From positions 384,001 to 448,000 of the forward strand of contig OZ220741.1 of assembly GCA_965116885.1 (NCBI GenBank): a stretch of DNA of 64,000 nt, written 5' to 3'. Every line of letters starts with the position of its first letter. Positions within the stretch are counted from its first letter, which is position 1. A program made the translations under genes and the position numbers. Positions 38,996 through 49,321 of this stretch are shown here, one piece after another. This DNA comes from Candidatus Latescibacterota bacterium (GTDB lineage Bacteria; Latescibacterota; UBA2968). The notes below the pieces were generated by a model, which ran no database searches, had not been told where the DNA came from, and saw only the letters and a program-made list of their open reading frames with translations.

Positions 38996-40735
38996 TTATC
39001 GGTATTGAAACTCCGGCGACCCCAGCAGCATGCTGACCACCTGAACCTCTTTGCGTTTGGCATCATCTGGAATCGTCTCTTTCACCTCTGACGCAATAGC
39101 ACTCGTATCCTGAGCTGGCAACAGCAACTTGCCATAAACCGCCAGTGCCTCATCCGTTGTCAGACCGCTATCCCGGGACAAGCGCTTCAATTCAATCCCT
39201 CTAATTTTGCCCGCAGCCAGATGAACGCCAAAATTCATTCGCGCAATCAGCGTACCCGCATTCGCCCACGACTCGGCATAATCCGGATAACCCGTAGGCG
39301 GCACATAACCATACAGCGGCTCACCCATGCGGTTAAACCAGCCCATCATAGGCTGTGGATTCTTCACATCGGCTTCCAATGCGCGAAGAGAACTCACCAC
39401 CAGTTCTAACGGCGACTTCATCTTGCTGCGCTTCTTCGCCTCTGCCCAAAATTCCCTGGACTGTGCCAACGTAGCCACCACAGCAGCGATATCTCCATCG
39501 GTTTTGGTAAATATCTTCGCCATCCGCTCGACCAGCGCCTCGGGAGGACTATCGTTTATAAACCGACGCGCCAACTTTGTAGAAATAAAACGCGCGGTCG
39601 AAGGGTGTTCGGACAGCATATCCAGAACGCGCTCGCCCTCTTCCATGCCACCACCTGCCGGGAACTTCTCACCCAACACCACCTTGGCTTTTCTGTCGTG
39701 CCAGTCTCTGCGGAACACAAATTCGCCCTCGCGAACGAGTTTATTACTTCCTTTTGCGATTTGCTTCTCGAGATTTTTCCGCGCATTTTTATACGGCATC
39801 GCAGCCCAACCCGTCAACACGCGCGCGACCTCGGTAACATCCTCCTGCGTATATCCACCATCCACGCCCAGCGTGTGCAACTCCATCAACTCCCGGGCGT
39901 AATTCTCATTCAAACCATACTTGCGTCTGTTTTTTGGAGGGGGCTGCGCCATAGCCTCACCGCCCATCATACCACCATCCATACCCATCTCGTCCGATGC
40001 CACCTTCTGCCCGGGTTGATTCCGCTCTGAGGGCGGTGCCATACGCGACTGTGTATTGTCCAGATAATACAACATCGCCGGATGCTTCGCCGTCGCACCC
40101 AAAATCACGCGGAACTTGCCCAACACATTGGGACGAATGGCATCGCGCTCATAAGAGAGCACATAACCGCGCGCCCCACCATCGCGCGTGGTCACATTGA
40201 AATGATTAAACCAGAAATCCGTCATCACCTCAGTGAGCTGATTCTCGCTATACACAGCCCGCATCACTTTCTGGCTCTGAATTTCATGATTAAAAAGCGC
40301 GTTGTAAGAACGCAACCCGTGCTCCTTGCGATACGCCCTTATCTTCTGAAACATCTCTTTGCGATCCATCTTTGCGGCATCAACCACGCCCTGTCTCTCC
40401 AGTATTCGGCGAATCCGCCCACTCTGCACATAAGTTTCAGACATTTCAAACTGCGTCATTTTCAACGCGGGAAACGCTTCCAAGCGTTTGTCCAACTCGG
40501 CATCTGGCAAATTGCCAGCCAACTGTTGAGCCAGCCACTTCTCGGGCCCCATCTGCGCCACCTTTTCCACCTCACCTGGGCGCGCACCAAAAGCAAAACG
40601 CTCTAAGAGATACGCTGCAGCCTGCTCCTTACTCAACCCCTCTGCCTTGTAGGGCAGTTGCAACTCAGCATCCGCCGTAGCCCCAGAACGCAAAGCACCA
40701 CAGCACAAAACAACGAGTGAAAAACGCAATATCAT
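38996..40735 (-). CDS. DUF1800 family exported protein (paralog B)
   Basis: Same DUF1800 motifs; GGAGG RBS. Confidence 0.92.
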   Translation of the reverse strand: MILRFSLVVLCCGALRSGATADAELQLPYKAEGLSKEQAAAYLLERFAFGARPGEVEKVAQMGPEKWLAQQLAGNLPDAELDKRLEAFPALKMTQFEMSETYVQSGRIRRILERQGVVDAAKMDRKEMFQKIRAYRKEHGLRSYNALFNHEIQSQKVMRAVYSENQLTEVMTDFWFNHFNVTTRDGGARGYVLSYERDAIRPNVLGKFRVILGATAKHPAMLYYLDNTQSRMAPPSERNQPGQKVASDEMGMDGGMMGGEAMAQPPPKNRRKYGLNENYARELMELHTLGVDGGYTQEDVTEVARVLTGWAAMPYKNARKNLEKQIAKGSNKLVREGEFVFRRDWHDRKAKVVLGEKFPAGGGMEEGERVLDMLSEHPSTARFISTKLARRFINDSPPEALVERMAKIFTKTDGDIAAVVATLAQSREFWAEAKKRSKMKSPLELVVSSLRALEADVKNPQPMMGWFNRMGEPLYGYVPPTGYPDYAESWANAGTLIARMNFGVHLAAGKIRGIELKRLSRDSGLTTDEALAVYGKLLLPAQDTSAIASEVKETIPDDAKRKEVQVVSMLLGSPEFQYR

Positions 40736-40750
40736 TGGCAAACCTCCACA

Positions 40751-40789
40751 AAAAAACTCGAGTGCCATACTTCGACACTCGAGTTTTTT
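40751..40789 (-). terminator. intrinsic terminator after DUF1501, abutting the RBS of DUF1800 paralog B
   Basis: AAAAAACTCGAGTG-ccatacttcga-CACTCGAGTTTTTT. Confidence 0.7.
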
Positions 40790-40863
40790 CTTGCAGCGGT
40801 GTAAACTGCACACGCGCAACACAACGTGTCAGTACAGCATCAAATGAGTGGTTAAAAATGACT

Positions 40864-42132
40864 TTACGTCATCACCTTAAACCGCTCACCTTCCCAACCC
40901 GGGAACATCGCGATATCGTGGGAACGATCGATATTCAGATGCTTACCAGCCACATCGGCAAACACAGAACGGAAATCCGTCGTCACGGGCAAATCGCGCC
41001 GATCTTCGAGCGCATCTTTCACCAGCTTCTCTGGCACATTCCCGTGGATCTTTCCACCATTCACGTTATTCCCCAGCACAAACAGACACGATCCGCGGCC
41101 GTGATCCGTACCCAGAGAACCGTTCTGATGCACCGTGCGACCAAATTCCGTCATCGTCATCAGCACAACATCGTCCTGATACGTACCCAGATCCGTCCAG
41201 AATGCCGCGATAGACTTAGACATCTCATCTGCTCTGCGCTGGAAAGAACCCGTCGTTGTGCCCTGCTGCACATGCGTATCCCAACCGCCAGTCTCGGTAA
41301 ACGCCACTTCAAGCCCCACATCCGACTTGATCAGCAACGCGATCTGTTGCAGCCTGCGACCCAATGCCGTATTGGGATAGTTCGCGCCTTCAACGGGTTT
41401 GTAATCTCGTACACCGATCTTTTCCAACAACTCAATCGCATCAAAACTCTCCCGGCTCACCCTCTGAACCAGGCGTTTGGCACTCCGCGCATACATCGCC
41501 TCAAACCCTTCCTCCACCTGTTCGGCCCCCTGCGGATTATTCGGCATCTGAATGCCAAAGGAACGCAAATCATCCACTGCAATCGAAGGCTCCTTCCCGT
41601 AAAATGCACGCGGCAAGGCTCTCGTCAATGCCACAGACCGGAAGGGCGTACCCTCGTGACCGAGCAAACCCACAGCCCGATTGAGCCAACCCGTCCGCGT
41701 ACCCTTCACACCGGGCGTCCCATTCTCCATATAATCCTGGGCGTCAAAGTGCGAACGCGTCTTATTCGGCGAACCTACGCCGTGTACAATAGCCAGACGG
41801 CCATCCTTGTACAGCGGTGCCAGATCCGCAAAAGAGGGATGCAATGCAAAGCGACCATCCAGATCTGTCAGTTCGTTTTTCGGATCAGTCAGATGCATAA
41901 ACAAATTGGGGCGTGCCTCGGCAAGGGCGGCATCGTTAAATGGCGTCACCGCCATCAAACCATCCATAGCCCCGCGCTGGAAAATCGTCACCAGCACTTT
42001 GCGACGGCTATGTGCCAGCGGATTATTCGCAGCATCAGCCGCGCGGCTCAAGAACAGCGGCGTCCCCCCAAACGAGGCAGAAAACAATGCCAAACCACTG
42101 CCCTTCATAAATGCTCTTCGAGTCCATTCCAT
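40864..42132 (-). CDS. DUF1501 family Tat-exported protein
   Basis: TRRAFMK Tat motif, RGAMDGL, RSHFDAQ, GGWDTH, TEFGRT, GTDHG. Confidence 0.92.
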   Translation of the reverse strand: MEWTRRAFMKGSGLALFSASFGGTPLFLSRAADAANNPLAHSRRKVLVTIFQRGAMDGLMAVTPFNDAALAEARPNLFMHLTDPKNELTDLDGRFALHPSFADLAPLYKDGRLAIVHGVGSPNKTRSHFDAQDYMENGTPGVKGTRTGWLNRAVGLLGHEGTPFRSVALTRALPRAFYGKEPSIAVDDLRSFGIQMPNNPQGAEQVEEGFEAMYARSAKRLVQRVSRESFDAIELLEKIGVRDYKPVEGANYPNTALGRRLQQIALLIKSDVGLEVAFTETGGWDTHVQQGTTTGSFQRRADEMSKSIAAFWTDLGTYQDDVVLMTMTEFGRTVHQNGSLGTDHGRGSCLFVLGNNVNGGKIHGNVPEKLVKDALEDRRDLPVTTDFRSVFADVAGKHLNIDRSHDIAMFPGWEGERFKVMT

Positions 42133-42152
42133 AACGCTATCTCCTTTCCGAT

Positions 42153-43943
42153 TTATCGGTATTGAAATTCCGGCGACCCCAGCAACATACTGATCACCTG
42201 AACCTCTTTGCGTTCGGCATCAGCGGGAATCGTCTGTTTAACCTCTGACGCAATAGCACTGGTATCCTGTGCTGGCAACAGCAACTTGCTATACATCGCC
42301 AATGCCTCTTCCGTTGTCAGACCAGCGCTCTCCTCGGGCAATTGCTTCAATTCAATCCCTCTAATTCTGCCCGCAGCCAGATGGATACCAAAATTCATTC
42401 GCGCAATCAGCGTACCCGAATTTGCCCACGACTCGGCATAATCCGGAAAACCCGTAGGCGGCAAATAACCATACAGCGGCTCGCCCATGCGGTCAAACCA
42501 GCGCATTATCGGCTGCGGATTCTTCACATCGGCTTCCAGCGCGCGAAGAGAACTCACCACCACTTCTAACGGCGACTTCATCTTACTCCGCTTCTTCGCC
42601 TCTGCCCAAAACACGCGGGACTGCGCCAGCGTAGCCATCACAGCAGCGATATCCCCATCGGTTTTGGTAAAGGTCGCCGCCATCGCATCAATCACATCAT
42701 CTGACGGTGCATCGTTGACAAACCGACGCGCCAGTTTCGTAGAAATAAAACGCGCGGTTGAAGGATGACTGGTCAGCATATCCAGAACGCGCTCGCCCTC
42801 TTCTATGCCACCACCTGCCGGGAACTTCTCACCCAACACCACCTTGGCCTTGTCGTCGTGCCACGATTTGCGGAACACAAATTCGCCCTGAAGAATGTTA
42901 TTTTGATTCCCATTGGCCATTTGTTTTTTGATATTTTCGCGTCCCCTTCCATAAGGTGCCGCAGCCCATCCGGTCAACACACGCGCAACCTCGGTAACAT
43001 CCTGCTGCGTGTATCCACCATCCACACCCAGGGTATGCAACTCCATCAATTCGCGGGCGTAATTCTCATTCAAACCATACTTGCGCTTGCGTCTTGGCGG
43101 AGTCTGCGCCTTTGCGGGAGCCTTCTCTGGAGCTTTTGCCATCTCACCACCCATATCGCCATCCATCCCACCATCCATACCCATCTCACCCGATGCCATC
43201 TCCTTCACAGGCTCGGGCTTTGCCTGCTCTCTCTCCGATGGCGGCGCCATACGCGACTGTGCATTATCCAGATAATACAACATCGCAGGATGCTTCGCCG
43301 TCGCGCCCAAAATCACGCGGAACTTGCCCAACACATTGGGGCGAATTGCATCGCGCTCATAGGAAAGTGTGCGACTGCGCGCCCCACCATCGCGCGTGGT
43401 CACATTGAAGTGATTGAACCAGAAATCCGTCATCACCTCAGTGAGCTGATTCTCGCTATACACCGCCCGCATCAGCTTCTGTCCCTTCAGTTCCTGATTG
43501 GACAGCATGCCATAGGGACGCAACCCGTGCTCTTTGCGATACGCGTTTATCTTTTCATTCATCTCCTTGCGAGGCGTCTTCGCGGGATCAATCAACCCCG
43601 CTTTCGCCACCATTCTGCGAATCCGCCCATTATTCACATAAACTTTAGACATCTCTTCCTGGGTCATTTTCAGGGCGGGAAACGCCTCCAGCCGTTTCTC
43701 CAACTCGGCATCCGGCAAATTGCCCTTCAACTGCTGAGCCAGCCACTTCTCTGGACCCATCTTTGCCACTTTTTCCACTTCACCTGGACGCGCACCAAAG
43801 GCAAAACGCTCCAGAAGATACGCTGCAGCCTGCTCCTTACTCAGCCCCTCTGCCTTGTAGGGCAGTTGTAAATCGGCATTTGCCGGAGCTACCGCAAGCA
43901 GCGCACCGCAGCACAAAACAGCAAGTGCAACGCGCAATATCAT
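42153..43943 (-). CDS. DUF1800 family exported protein (paralog A)
   Basis: Same DUF1800 motifs; canonical position upstream of DUF1501. Confidence 0.92.
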   Translation of the reverse strand: MILRVALAVLCCGALLAVAPANADLQLPYKAEGLSKEQAAAYLLERFAFGARPGEVEKVAKMGPEKWLAQQLKGNLPDAELEKRLEAFPALKMTQEEMSKVYVNNGRIRRMVAKAGLIDPAKTPRKEMNEKINAYRKEHGLRPYGMLSNQELKGQKLMRAVYSENQLTEVMTDFWFNHFNVTTRDGGARSRTLSYERDAIRPNVLGKFRVILGATAKHPAMLYYLDNAQSRMAPPSEREQAKPEPVKEMASGEMGMDGGMDGDMGGEMAKAPEKAPAKAQTPPRRKRKYGLNENYARELMELHTLGVDGGYTQQDVTEVARVLTGWAAAPYGRGRENIKKQMANGNQNNILQGEFVFRKSWHDDKAKVVLGEKFPAGGGIEEGERVLDMLTSHPSTARFISTKLARRFVNDAPSDDVIDAMAATFTKTDGDIAAVMATLAQSRVFWAEAKKRSKMKSPLEVVVSSLRALEADVKNPQPIMRWFDRMGEPLYGYLPPTGFPDYAESWANSGTLIARMNFGIHLAAGRIRGIELKQLPEESAGLTTEEALAMYSKLLLPAQDTSAIASEVKQTIPADAERKEVQVISMLLGSPEFQYR

Positions 43944-43976
43944 AGCAACCCTCCTTGAAAATTCCCCAAAGGGAAT

Positions 43977-44070
43977 GGCATTGTGAATATTTAATATAAA
44001 ATATATCACAATGCCTAATGGTGCAATGCAATTATACAATTATATACAACACTATACAATTTTATACAAT
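43977..44070. promoter_or_regulatory. AT-rich control region with an inverted repeat and four phased direct repeats
   Basis: GGCATTGTGA-N19-TCACAATGCC (43977-44015); TATACAA at 44033, 44043, 44053, 44063. Confidence 0.6.
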
Positions 44071-44079
44071 TCTATTTTC

Positions 44080-45402
44080 TCAGAACAAATCTGCCGGAAC
44101 GGGCCTGACAACAATCGAGTCAACCCCAAAGCCTTCCAACTGCTGGGGATTCAGCGGGGCTTGCCTGTACTGCAGGACATAAGACGAGCCGCCCTGTGTC
44201 AGATTCACCGTCAAAATATCGCCCTCTTTGCTGAAATCCACATCGGACGCCGTCACCTGAGTCACGCTCGTGCCATCTTGTGAACCACCTCCCAATGTGC
44301 CCCTGATCACGGGTACGCCATTTTGAATCACATATCCCGTACGCCTGTTGAAAAACCGGTCTTCATCGGCATGTGTGGAAAACTCGATCGGCCTGGCAAA
44401 CGTGATTTCCACCAGACCGTGTTCTATGACCGGGCCATTCTCTATGAGGGGATCCTCCACACCAGCGGCTGGCACATGACCAGATGGCGCGCGGTGGCGA
44501 GGACTGCGCCGCTCCAGAATAGGTATCCAATTGATGTCCAGTGAAGCCGGAATACTCGGAAATGGGTCTTCGGGATCCATCCATGTACCATTGAGGTGAG
44601 AATCTTGCAAATACCATGTGCCGGAATACGGCATGTCATGGGTATCCAATTCTGCAACCACCTCTGCCGGGGGGGCATAAATGGAATAGCGTATGCCCTG
44701 ACCGTCCTCCACCCACATAACCATCTGATGAGGACGAGGGTCTTCATAGGGCCAGGGGCTATTAAAATAAACAGCCGTTCGGAGATTGCGGTTTTCAAAC
44801 GAGCGGTTATCTGGGCTTTGAGCATTTGGAATACTAATGCGAACGCGCCCATTACCCAGCACTGTCACGCGGCTATCCTCCTCGGCGCCGGGCAGCACGC
44901 GTACCAGAGTATTGGGCTGGTTCAATGCCTGAGTCGCACTCGGCGGTGCCGGGCTTGTATAATTGCCCAAACGATTGGACAATTCACCGAACATCGGCAA
45001 CCTGGGACCGATCAGCCAAATATAAAACGCACCGAGTGACAGTCTGTTACGCTCGTGATTATTGTGATTATATTCAATGCGAAGTTGATCGCGCGAGGCA
45101 TTTACTGAACGCATATAATGCCGCACGGTTTTTTCATACGTCACAGACGCCATCGGCGGTGCTGCAAGGGGAGGATTGTACACAAATACCACCGTGCCAT
45201 AATCCGATGCCGCCGCCGTAAAAATGATATGCCGGGGCGTGCCCTGAGGCGGGTCGGCAACATCTATGGCACTGCCCCCACTCGTCCCGGAAATCAGCCG
45301 ATAGCTGCCGCGCCACTCCTCGGCAGGCTCAGTCGGGATATCTCGGGTACATCCCGCTGTACCCACCATACCAATCAGACAAAGCAATAAAAATTTACGC
45401 AT
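44080..45402 (-). CDS. hypothetical lipoprotein
   Basis: MRKFLLLCLIGMVGTAGC lipobox, AGGAGG RBS, 440 aa. Confidence 0.75.
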   Translation of the reverse strand: MRKFLLLCLIGMVGTAGCTRDIPTEPAEEWRGSYRLISGTSGGSAIDVADPPQGTPRHIIFTAAASDYGTVVFVYNPPLAAPPMASVTYEKTVRHYMRSVNASRDQLRIEYNHNNHERNRLSLGAFYIWLIGPRLPMFGELSNRLGNYTSPAPPSATQALNQPNTLVRVLPGAEEDSRVTVLGNGRVRISIPNAQSPDNRSFENRNLRTAVYFNSPWPYEDPRPHQMVMWVEDGQGIRYSIYAPPAEVVAELDTHDMPYSGTWYLQDSHLNGTWMDPEDPFPSIPASLDINWIPILERRSPRHRAPSGHVPAAGVEDPLIENGPVIEHGLVEITFARPIEFSTHADEDRFFNRRTGYVIQNGVPVIRGTLGGGSQDGTSVTQVTASDVDFSKEGDILTVNLTQGGSSYVLQYRQAPLNPQQLEGFGVDSIVVRPVPADLF

Positions 45403-45431
45403 CTTGTGATTCCTCCTGTCGGAAGGTAGTT

Positions 45432-45457
45432 GGGACGGCACAGGGGCCGTCCCCTAC
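45432..45457 (-). repeat. GTAG-type REP palindrome
   Basis: Minus strand GTAGGGGACGGCCCCTGTGCCGTCCC; near-identical at 54054-54079 and 61018-61043. Confidence 0.85.
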
Positions 45458-45460
45458 GCC

Positions 45461-46468
45461 TTAGAACGTTCCCGAAAGTGTCAAACGCAGCGGGCGCTCT
45501 TTAATCACACCGCCGATATCGCTATACGAAACATCCACACTTATCTTGCGCTCTTCGCTCACATTGAGATTCAAACCCGCGCCCACGCTCCAACTCTCCA
45601 CATCGTACCTGAACTTATAACCGGCGCGGAGTGCCAGCAGATTTTGTATCCACAACTCGCCACCAATGTGATCGCGCTCTCCATAATCGCGGAAGAACAC
45701 ATGCTCATAAGCACCCGTCAAATAAAGCGGATCGCCCTGCTTGCCCAGCAATTCCATCGCGACGGCCAGATTGTAGAAAAATGGCAGGCGATAATCCTCG
45801 GTCAGCACTTCCTTATTGCCGCCCAGGTTGCTGATGGTCATGCCCACGCGCAGGCTCTTGAAACCCGTGTAAAAAATCGTGCCGATATCAAATGTCGTGG
45901 AACTCACATTGATGATATGAAGCTGGGACCGCACATAGCGCAGGCGAAAACCCATCGAAAACTTATCGGTCAACTGCTTGGCAAAAGACGCCGCAACCGA
46001 AAAATCCCCGAGTTTGATGTTGCGCCCCGTGCCATCGGGTTGCATGGGCGTGGTCTCTTCCACATCGGGATAGGTAAACGTGCGAAAAGAGACACCCACA
46101 ACGCCTATGGGAATGCGATAGGCAAAACCCCCAGCCCCCATCTTGGTGCCCACCAGCCACTCGTTATAAGATGCCAGATATGCCATATTGTCGATATGCA
46201 CCAATCCGGCTGCATTCTGGAATATTGCGTGAATGTCGCGCGACGTACCCACATTGGCATCGGCCATGCCTGCCAGGCGCGCAGATGCCGAAATCTTCAA
46301 AAGCGCGAAGCCACTGCGCGCGATGCGGTTGCCCTTATCGCCTTCCGAGCGAAAATGCCCTTCCGCAGCTATGGGTTCCAGATCATCAAAGCCTGCCACA
46401 TCCTGAGCCATGGCACTTTGAGGGCTGAGAAAAAGCGCGATAGCCGCTATCCAAATCAAGTATTTCAT
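45461..46468 (-). CDS. PorV/PorQ family outer membrane beta-barrel
   Basis: FALLKISASARLAGMA, AIFQNAAGL, EETTPMQPDGTG, LALRAGY, terminal Phe. Confidence 0.85.
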   Translation of the reverse strand: MKYLIWIAAIALFLSPQSAMAQDVAGFDDLEPIAAEGHFRSEGDKGNRIARSGFALLKISASARLAGMADANVGTSRDIHAIFQNAAGLVHIDNMAYLASYNEWLVGTKMGAGGFAYRIPIGVVGVSFRTFTYPDVEETTPMQPDGTGRNIKLGDFSVAASFAKQLTDKFSMGFRLRYVRSQLHIINVSSTTFDIGTIFYTGFKSLRVGMTISNLGGNKEVLTEDYRLPFFYNLAVAMELLGKQGDPLYLTGAYEHVFFRDYGERDHIGGELWIQNLLALRAGYKFRYDVESWSVGAGLNLNVSEERKISVDVSYSDIGGVIKERPLRLTLSGTF

Positions 46469-46495
46469 AATTTGCTCCTCAATAATGACCAATGA

Positions 46496-49240
46496 TCAAT
46501 TGACAATCACAAACAGACCCTTCTGGATCTGACCCTCACTCGAGGGATGGTGCGACTCAATCGCCCAGATATACGTACCCGCATTCAGACGACCGCGCGT
46601 ATTGGCATTCAAACCCACCGTATGCGTATCCCACTCGATCTCACCGCGCGCCACCGGGTTGCCCCGCTGCGGGTCGAGCGTATCAAAGGTCTGGCGCCAG
46701 GCCAGATCGCCCGTCAGCGTGTAGATATACAGCGTACACCTGCTCGGCACATTGACCCACCGGATGCGAGGCGCACCATAGCTGTGCTCATCCCTGCCCT
46801 GTACCCAGGGATTGGGCACCACCTTGATCGGCAGCGACATGGTTTCGTTTTCATTGTTCAACAAAGCAGAAGTCAGCCGAGGCACAAGGCCATTGGCGGG
46901 GAATAAGTACTGATTGCGCTCATCGGAATGCCCGGTTTCCAATCCCTGCTCATCAAAAGCGCGTATCGAATAGTGATAGATAAAACCGATATCGGGTTCT
47001 GGATCGATAAACCTGTAGGTACCCCAGCGGAAGGGACCATCGACCTCAGCTTCGGCAGGATCTTCCTGACCTTCTGCCCAGGGTTGATTGTCAAAAGAAG
47101 CCCCTGCAGGCGCATCTGAGGGCAACTGGCGTTCTCCCTCGGGTCCCACGGCTTTGGGGATTGTCGCCAGCAATTTCCACGGACCAGCCCGCATAAAATC
47201 AGAGCGATAGATCCGATAACCCAGCACATCGGGACGCCCCAGGTCCGGATCGATCGCCGTATCGGCAATGCCAGACCAGTCCAGTTCGAGATTGCCTTGC
47301 AGGTTTGTAGCCCCATTCACCTTCACATCGGGCGGCTGGTTAAGCCCGTCAAAGCCCAGGTCATATAGCTTTTGCGCCTCATTGCCGTGTGCATAAATCG
47401 CTTCCAGACCCAATTCCAATTCGGGAACCAGACTCTGCTGCTGCCAGTTCCACTCGTAGGGACGCGCGTACCCGCTGGTATCCATGCGATATTTTGCAGA
47501 ATTGGACCCCATACCCCCTACATAGGCGATCACCACTTTGGCTTTGTCGCCGGGACCCAGGATATAAGGACCATAAACCTGTGCATCGATCCACGCACCC
47601 AATTCGTCATTGTCGTGGTACTGCACCATGCGGTCTGTATCATTTTCTCCGAGCACACCAGCGGCATCGCTATAGATGTCGAACAAGTGATTCTCGCCGT
47701 GCGTACCCCCATGCGGATCATCGCCCAGTGCCGAAGAATACATACGCCATCTGAACACAGCGTGAGGCTGTGGACCTTGCGGTGTCACATAACCGCCCCT
47801 TCTATCCAGCGCATTGAAGGGATGATCGGATGTACCCGTCGCAATCGGCATCATCCCGATATACTGCGGAGAAAGCAACGTGCCATCCTTAAAATTGGAT
47901 GTTGACACGTACTGATGCTGTGCGCGGGACCGGGTATAAGGCTCCCCGTAGTCATCCCACAATCGGGCAACCGCATCGCCATCATAGATATAAGTCAGAT
48001 GCATCGGCGAGCCCTTGTAGTTGTAGGCATATTCCGGATGATCGTAATTCTCCGCCTGTGTATAGCGCCAGTAATCGTCTTGCGTGGAGGGCTGCACAAA
48101 ATTCCAGGCATTCGAGTTCGATCCCCCGGCAGGCACCCAGTCAGCACCTGTCTTGCTGGCGATAAACCCATTCTTAACAACGATATAAACTTCGTCGAGT
48201 TGTTTGGGATACCCGGGATCAGTGACGCCATCGCCATCTGTATCGCCATTATTCCAGAATTCCATCTCTGTGATCAAGAAGTCGTCATAATCACCCGTGG
48301 TCATAATCGAAGACTGCTTGCCATCTGGCGTTGGCACCGGGATCATCACGTCATTATCCGTACCCGGCGTGGAATACGCATGCACCATCCGCTTCACCGA
48401 AATGCCCGAAGCCTGCGACCAGCCCGTCACCAGCAGATTTTCGCCGAACAACTCGGGCGACAAACGCGGATCATTGTGACTGACGCCATTTGAACGCATC
48501 TGATTCAACCCGGCGCGCACCCTGTTGTAGGACGACTCCAGCATCTGCTTGAATCCCTCTTTGCTCAGCGGATAAAACCCGTAACCCCAGTTATAATAAT
48601 CTATTGGCTCCACTTTGTCCGGACCAGGCGGAAAACCGCGTTGTCCCAGACCGCCATAGGTGCCGACAGCATACTGGTATTCCACAGGCTCGCCATTCAC
48701 AAAATTGTGCGTGATCCTCATATTTCTCATGCGGGGCCAGTAAAGCGCGGCATTCTGTCCATAATTGAACAGATTAAAAGGACGACCACCAGACCGCCAC
48801 ACAGACCGCCAGATCGCTGCAATGCTCTCGACATTGTTGCGCGGATTGTGCTGGATCGGGAAAATATCTGCGGATGGCTGGCGGGGACCTCCCTGAGACA
48901 CATATTTATGTCCATCGTCTGTGCGCGCCATCACCCACACGCCATTGCCACGCGAACAATCCTGTCGATTAAACCGGTTCACAATACCCGACCGATAAGT
49001 CGAAGTCCACCGTCCGGGATAAGCCATGCCCACTTCGGGACCAAAGATGTTGCCACCATCCAGCGAATGCCCCAGGGTGCCATTATTACGCATCGACAAC
49101 CAGAGCTTCGAGCGATTGGTCGTGCGGCGGCGCGTGCGCTGTTGCGCCTCGGCATCGATTATTGTCCACAATTCCGATGCCCCCCACAGCACCACAAAGG
49201 CGAGCAACACCCGCGTAAATCTCTTAAATATCCGTTGCAT
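46496..49240 (-). CDS. large exported hypothetical protein with FnIII-like region and T9SS-CTD-like C-terminus
   Basis: Signal peptide; GYRIYRS and YHYSIRAFD; IKVVPNPW...IYTLTGDL...GTYIW...KGLFVIVN. Confidence 0.75.
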   Translation of the reverse strand: MQRIFKRFTRVLLAFVVLWGASELWTIIDAEAQQRTRRRTTNRSKLWLSMRNNGTLGHSLDGGNIFGPEVGMAYPGRWTSTYRSGIVNRFNRQDCSRGNGVWVMARTDDGHKYVSQGGPRQPSADIFPIQHNPRNNVESIAAIWRSVWRSGGRPFNLFNYGQNAALYWPRMRNMRITHNFVNGEPVEYQYAVGTYGGLGQRGFPPGPDKVEPIDYYNWGYGFYPLSKEGFKQMLESSYNRVRAGLNQMRSNGVSHNDPRLSPELFGENLLVTGWSQASGISVKRMVHAYSTPGTDNDVMIPVPTPDGKQSSIMTTGDYDDFLITEMEFWNNGDTDGDGVTDPGYPKQLDEVYIVVKNGFIASKTGADWVPAGGSNSNAWNFVQPSTQDDYWRYTQAENYDHPEYAYNYKGSPMHLTYIYDGDAVARLWDDYGEPYTRSRAQHQYVSTSNFKDGTLLSPQYIGMMPIATGTSDHPFNALDRRGGYVTPQGPQPHAVFRWRMYSSALGDDPHGGTHGENHLFDIYSDAAGVLGENDTDRMVQYHDNDELGAWIDAQVYGPYILGPGDKAKVVIAYVGGMGSNSAKYRMDTSGYARPYEWNWQQQSLVPELELGLEAIYAHGNEAQKLYDLGFDGLNQPPDVKVNGATNLQGNLELDWSGIADTAIDPDLGRPDVLGYRIYRSDFMRAGPWKLLATIPKAVGPEGERQLPSDAPAGASFDNQPWAEGQEDPAEAEVDGPFRWGTYRFIDPEPDIGFIYHYSIRAFDEQGLETGHSDERNQYLFPANGLVPRLTSALLNNENETMSLPIKVVPNPWVQGRDEHSYGAPRIRWVNVPSRCTLYIYTLTGDLAWRQTFDTLDPQRGNPVARGEIEWDTHTVGLNANTRGRLNAGTYIWAIESHHPSSEGQIQKGLFVIVN

Positions 49241-49321
49241 AAGCTAACTCCTTATTACCTACCCCCCGGCCCCCTTCCTCAAAGGAAGGGGGAGCGGGAT
49301 CTATTGAAGGGTTGGGTTAGA

